Below the pieces are notes generated by a model that was given only the letters and a program-made list of their open reading frames with translations, was not told the origin of the DNA and did not search any database. The position numbers were made by a program, and so were the translations under genes. This document shows positions 61,837 through 64,000 of a stretch of 64,000 nt of DNA, in pieces (the first letter of the stretch is position 1; every line of letters begins with the position of its first letter). The stretch is from Phoronis australis. Taxonomy: Eukaryota > Animalia > Phoronida. The stretch is from the NCBI GenBank assembly GCA_002633005.1, contig NMRA01000311.1:197839-261838 (forward strand), written 5' to 3'.

Positions 61837-62557
61837 GACACTGTCATGATGTTTCAGTCGGGCTGTTCTTCGGGCATTGTCAGGTGTTCCCCGTGCTTAG
61901 AAGAACAAGCACGTGTATGTGGTACACTCACCGTGTGATTTTTTGTTGGAGGCAGGATTTGAACCCACGACTTCTGAAACTACACATAATTTGAGTCCTA
62001 CCCCACGTACTCTTCACAGAATTGCCCTTCAGTTTTTATGACTTAATGGGCAAACATAACCACCAGATGTTGCTGTTTTTTTTATTCGTGTTAGAACTGT
62101 AATTTGGCTTTCAAGCTGTGCAAACCCACTCTCTCAGTAACAAACTAGTATTTTTGATTTAGACCGCTTCATGTTTTTAAAGTCCATCTCAATTTCTCAC
62201 GTACTTAGATTATAAGTGAAATCTTGGGATGATAAAATTACTATTCGTTTTAAGCTGATTTATTTAGAGTGGCCATTGCTGATGAGGAGTGGGGGAGAGG
62301 TGTAAATGTCTCCATCAACCAAAAAAAATTCATTCAAAGTCTTTTTAGTACTGTACTGTATTATTTCTAGCGAAACATTAGATCTTAAAACTTCTAATGT
62401 TTCACTAGAAATAATATAATACAAGACAAGAATACTGTTTCCTGGTCATGACAGCTGTTAAATCAGCGGAAATCACTGGTAAGGACTTTCTAGTGGCATC
62501 ACAATTGTGATTACAGAATGGCTTGGCCACTTTACTATCCTGTTAATTCCCTGCATG

Positions 62558-63112
62558 GGGGATGGCTACTCAGCCTATGACCTTGAGGGATGGCTACTCA
62601 GCCTATGAGCATTAGCGAAGGCCACTCAGCCTATGAGCATTAGGGAAGGCCACTCGGCCTATGAGCATTAGGAAAGGCCACTCAGCCTATGAGCATTAGG
62701 AAAGGCCACTCAGCCTATGAGCATTAGGGAAGGCCACTCAGCCTATGAGCATTAGGGAAGGCTACTTAGCCTATGAGCATTAGGGAAGGCTACTCAGCCT
62801 ATGAGCATGATGGAAGGCTATTCAGCCAATGAGCATTAGGGAAAGCTATTTAGCCTATGAGTATGAGGGAAGGCTATTCAGCCTATGAGCATTAGGGAAG
62901 GCTACTCAGTGCATGAGCTTGAGGGAAGGCTACTCAGTCTATGAGCATGAGGGAAGGCTACTCCGTCTATGAGCATGAGGGAAGGCTACTCCGTCTATGA
63001 GCATTAGGGAAGGCTACTCAGCCTATGAGCATGAGAGAAGGCTATTCAGCCTGTGAGCATTAGGGAAGGCTACTCAGTTTATGAGCATGAGGGATGGCTA
63101 CTCGGCCTATGA
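62558..63112. repeat. 28-bp minisatellite (GGGAAGGCTACTCAGCCTATGAGCATTA), about 20 copies
   Basis: Diverged tandem array in CPD intron 1. Confidence 0.93.
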
Positions 63113-63893
63113 ATTCAGCTTCTGCCTAGCCATCATGATGGAGAATTCTGGGTCATTTTTCTGATTACTTTTAGTCTATACTATAGTTTGGAAGGTTTTT
63201 CTGAAATGAAGATGGGAAAAAATGTTGTGAATGTCAAAAAGAATTAATATAGTTCTATTTATCGAACTTGACCAAAACATTTTGTACTCCTCCAAAAATG
63301 TGCTTTCAATGTTAATTTAGGCAGCACTTGACCTGAGCAACAAAAAGTTTTCACTGGTAATTCAGTTTATAATTCTACTTGCTTAATACAACTAAGCTAA
63401 ATATTATTGAGATAAGACCTTTATGTGAGAAATCGATTCCTGCTTTACTTGTAGTCTTATGTTACATTCCCTTGAGGCAAGGGTTACCTTGGCAACAGGT
63501 TGTGATGTATGAAATTAGTATCCACTTAAGACTTCCTGGGATATGTTAGAAGCTTTCATGATCAAGATAATAATCACCATATATAACAAATTTGATTATA
63601 CACAATTAACCTAAAGCTTGAGCCTAGTTCATGCATCACAGGTCCTTCTTTTAAGGTTATGTGGGACCCTTGAAAAATGGCCAAATTTGCCAAACTTTGT
63701 AATATCGTATCGCAGAAATGGCTGATGGGATTAATATGAGACACAATTCTACGCATTGTTGCCCAAAATGCTGTGAAGAATTGTTTTCAAAAAGTTCCAC
63801 TTTTGGATGAGGGGCAGTCAAAAAATATGATTTACACATATGGGATTTTTTTGTGAAAAAACTCAGCATTTTGAGATTTCATCTTGTGCATTT

Positions 63894-63982
63894 ATGGTTT
63901 TGTTATTGTTACCATGGTTTTGTTATTGTTACCATGGTTTTGTTATTGTTACCATGGTTTTGTTATTGTTACCATGGTTTTG
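63894..63982. repeat. 20-bp tandem repeat (ATGGTTTTGTTATTGTTACC), about 4.5 copies
   Basis: Direct inspection. Confidence 0.9.
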
Positions 63983-64000
63983 CTATGGATGTATCTTCAT

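Overview
AT-rich, intron-rich animal genomic DNA, probably a bilaterian invertebrate (inferred), from a draft scaffold with three N-gaps and two single Ns. Manual splicing gives five genes in strictly alternating orientation with little intergenic space. They are ANAPC7 (+, 5'-partial), FLOT2 (-, complete, 423 aa, GC-AG first intron), PPP4C (+, complete, 307 aa), an uncharacterised 216-aa CDP-alcohol phosphatidyltransferase (-, 7 short exons, essentially absent from the ORF track), and the first exon of carboxypeptidase D (+). Two head-to-head pairs share short promoters. ANAPC7 and FLOT2 have back-to-back poly(A) signals. Region 10226-17418 is a near-identical second copy of about 18376-25593, most likely an alternate haplotype assembled in tandem, and it exposes allele-specific transposon and minisatellite differences. 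Introns and UTRs carry many non-autonomous DNA transposons (PIF-like, hAT5-like, IS3EU-like, Tc1/mariner-like), a Penelope remnant, SINE heads and minisatellites. Protein identifications rest on recalled family sequences, not database searches. Most long ORFs in the track are repeat or N-gap artefacts.
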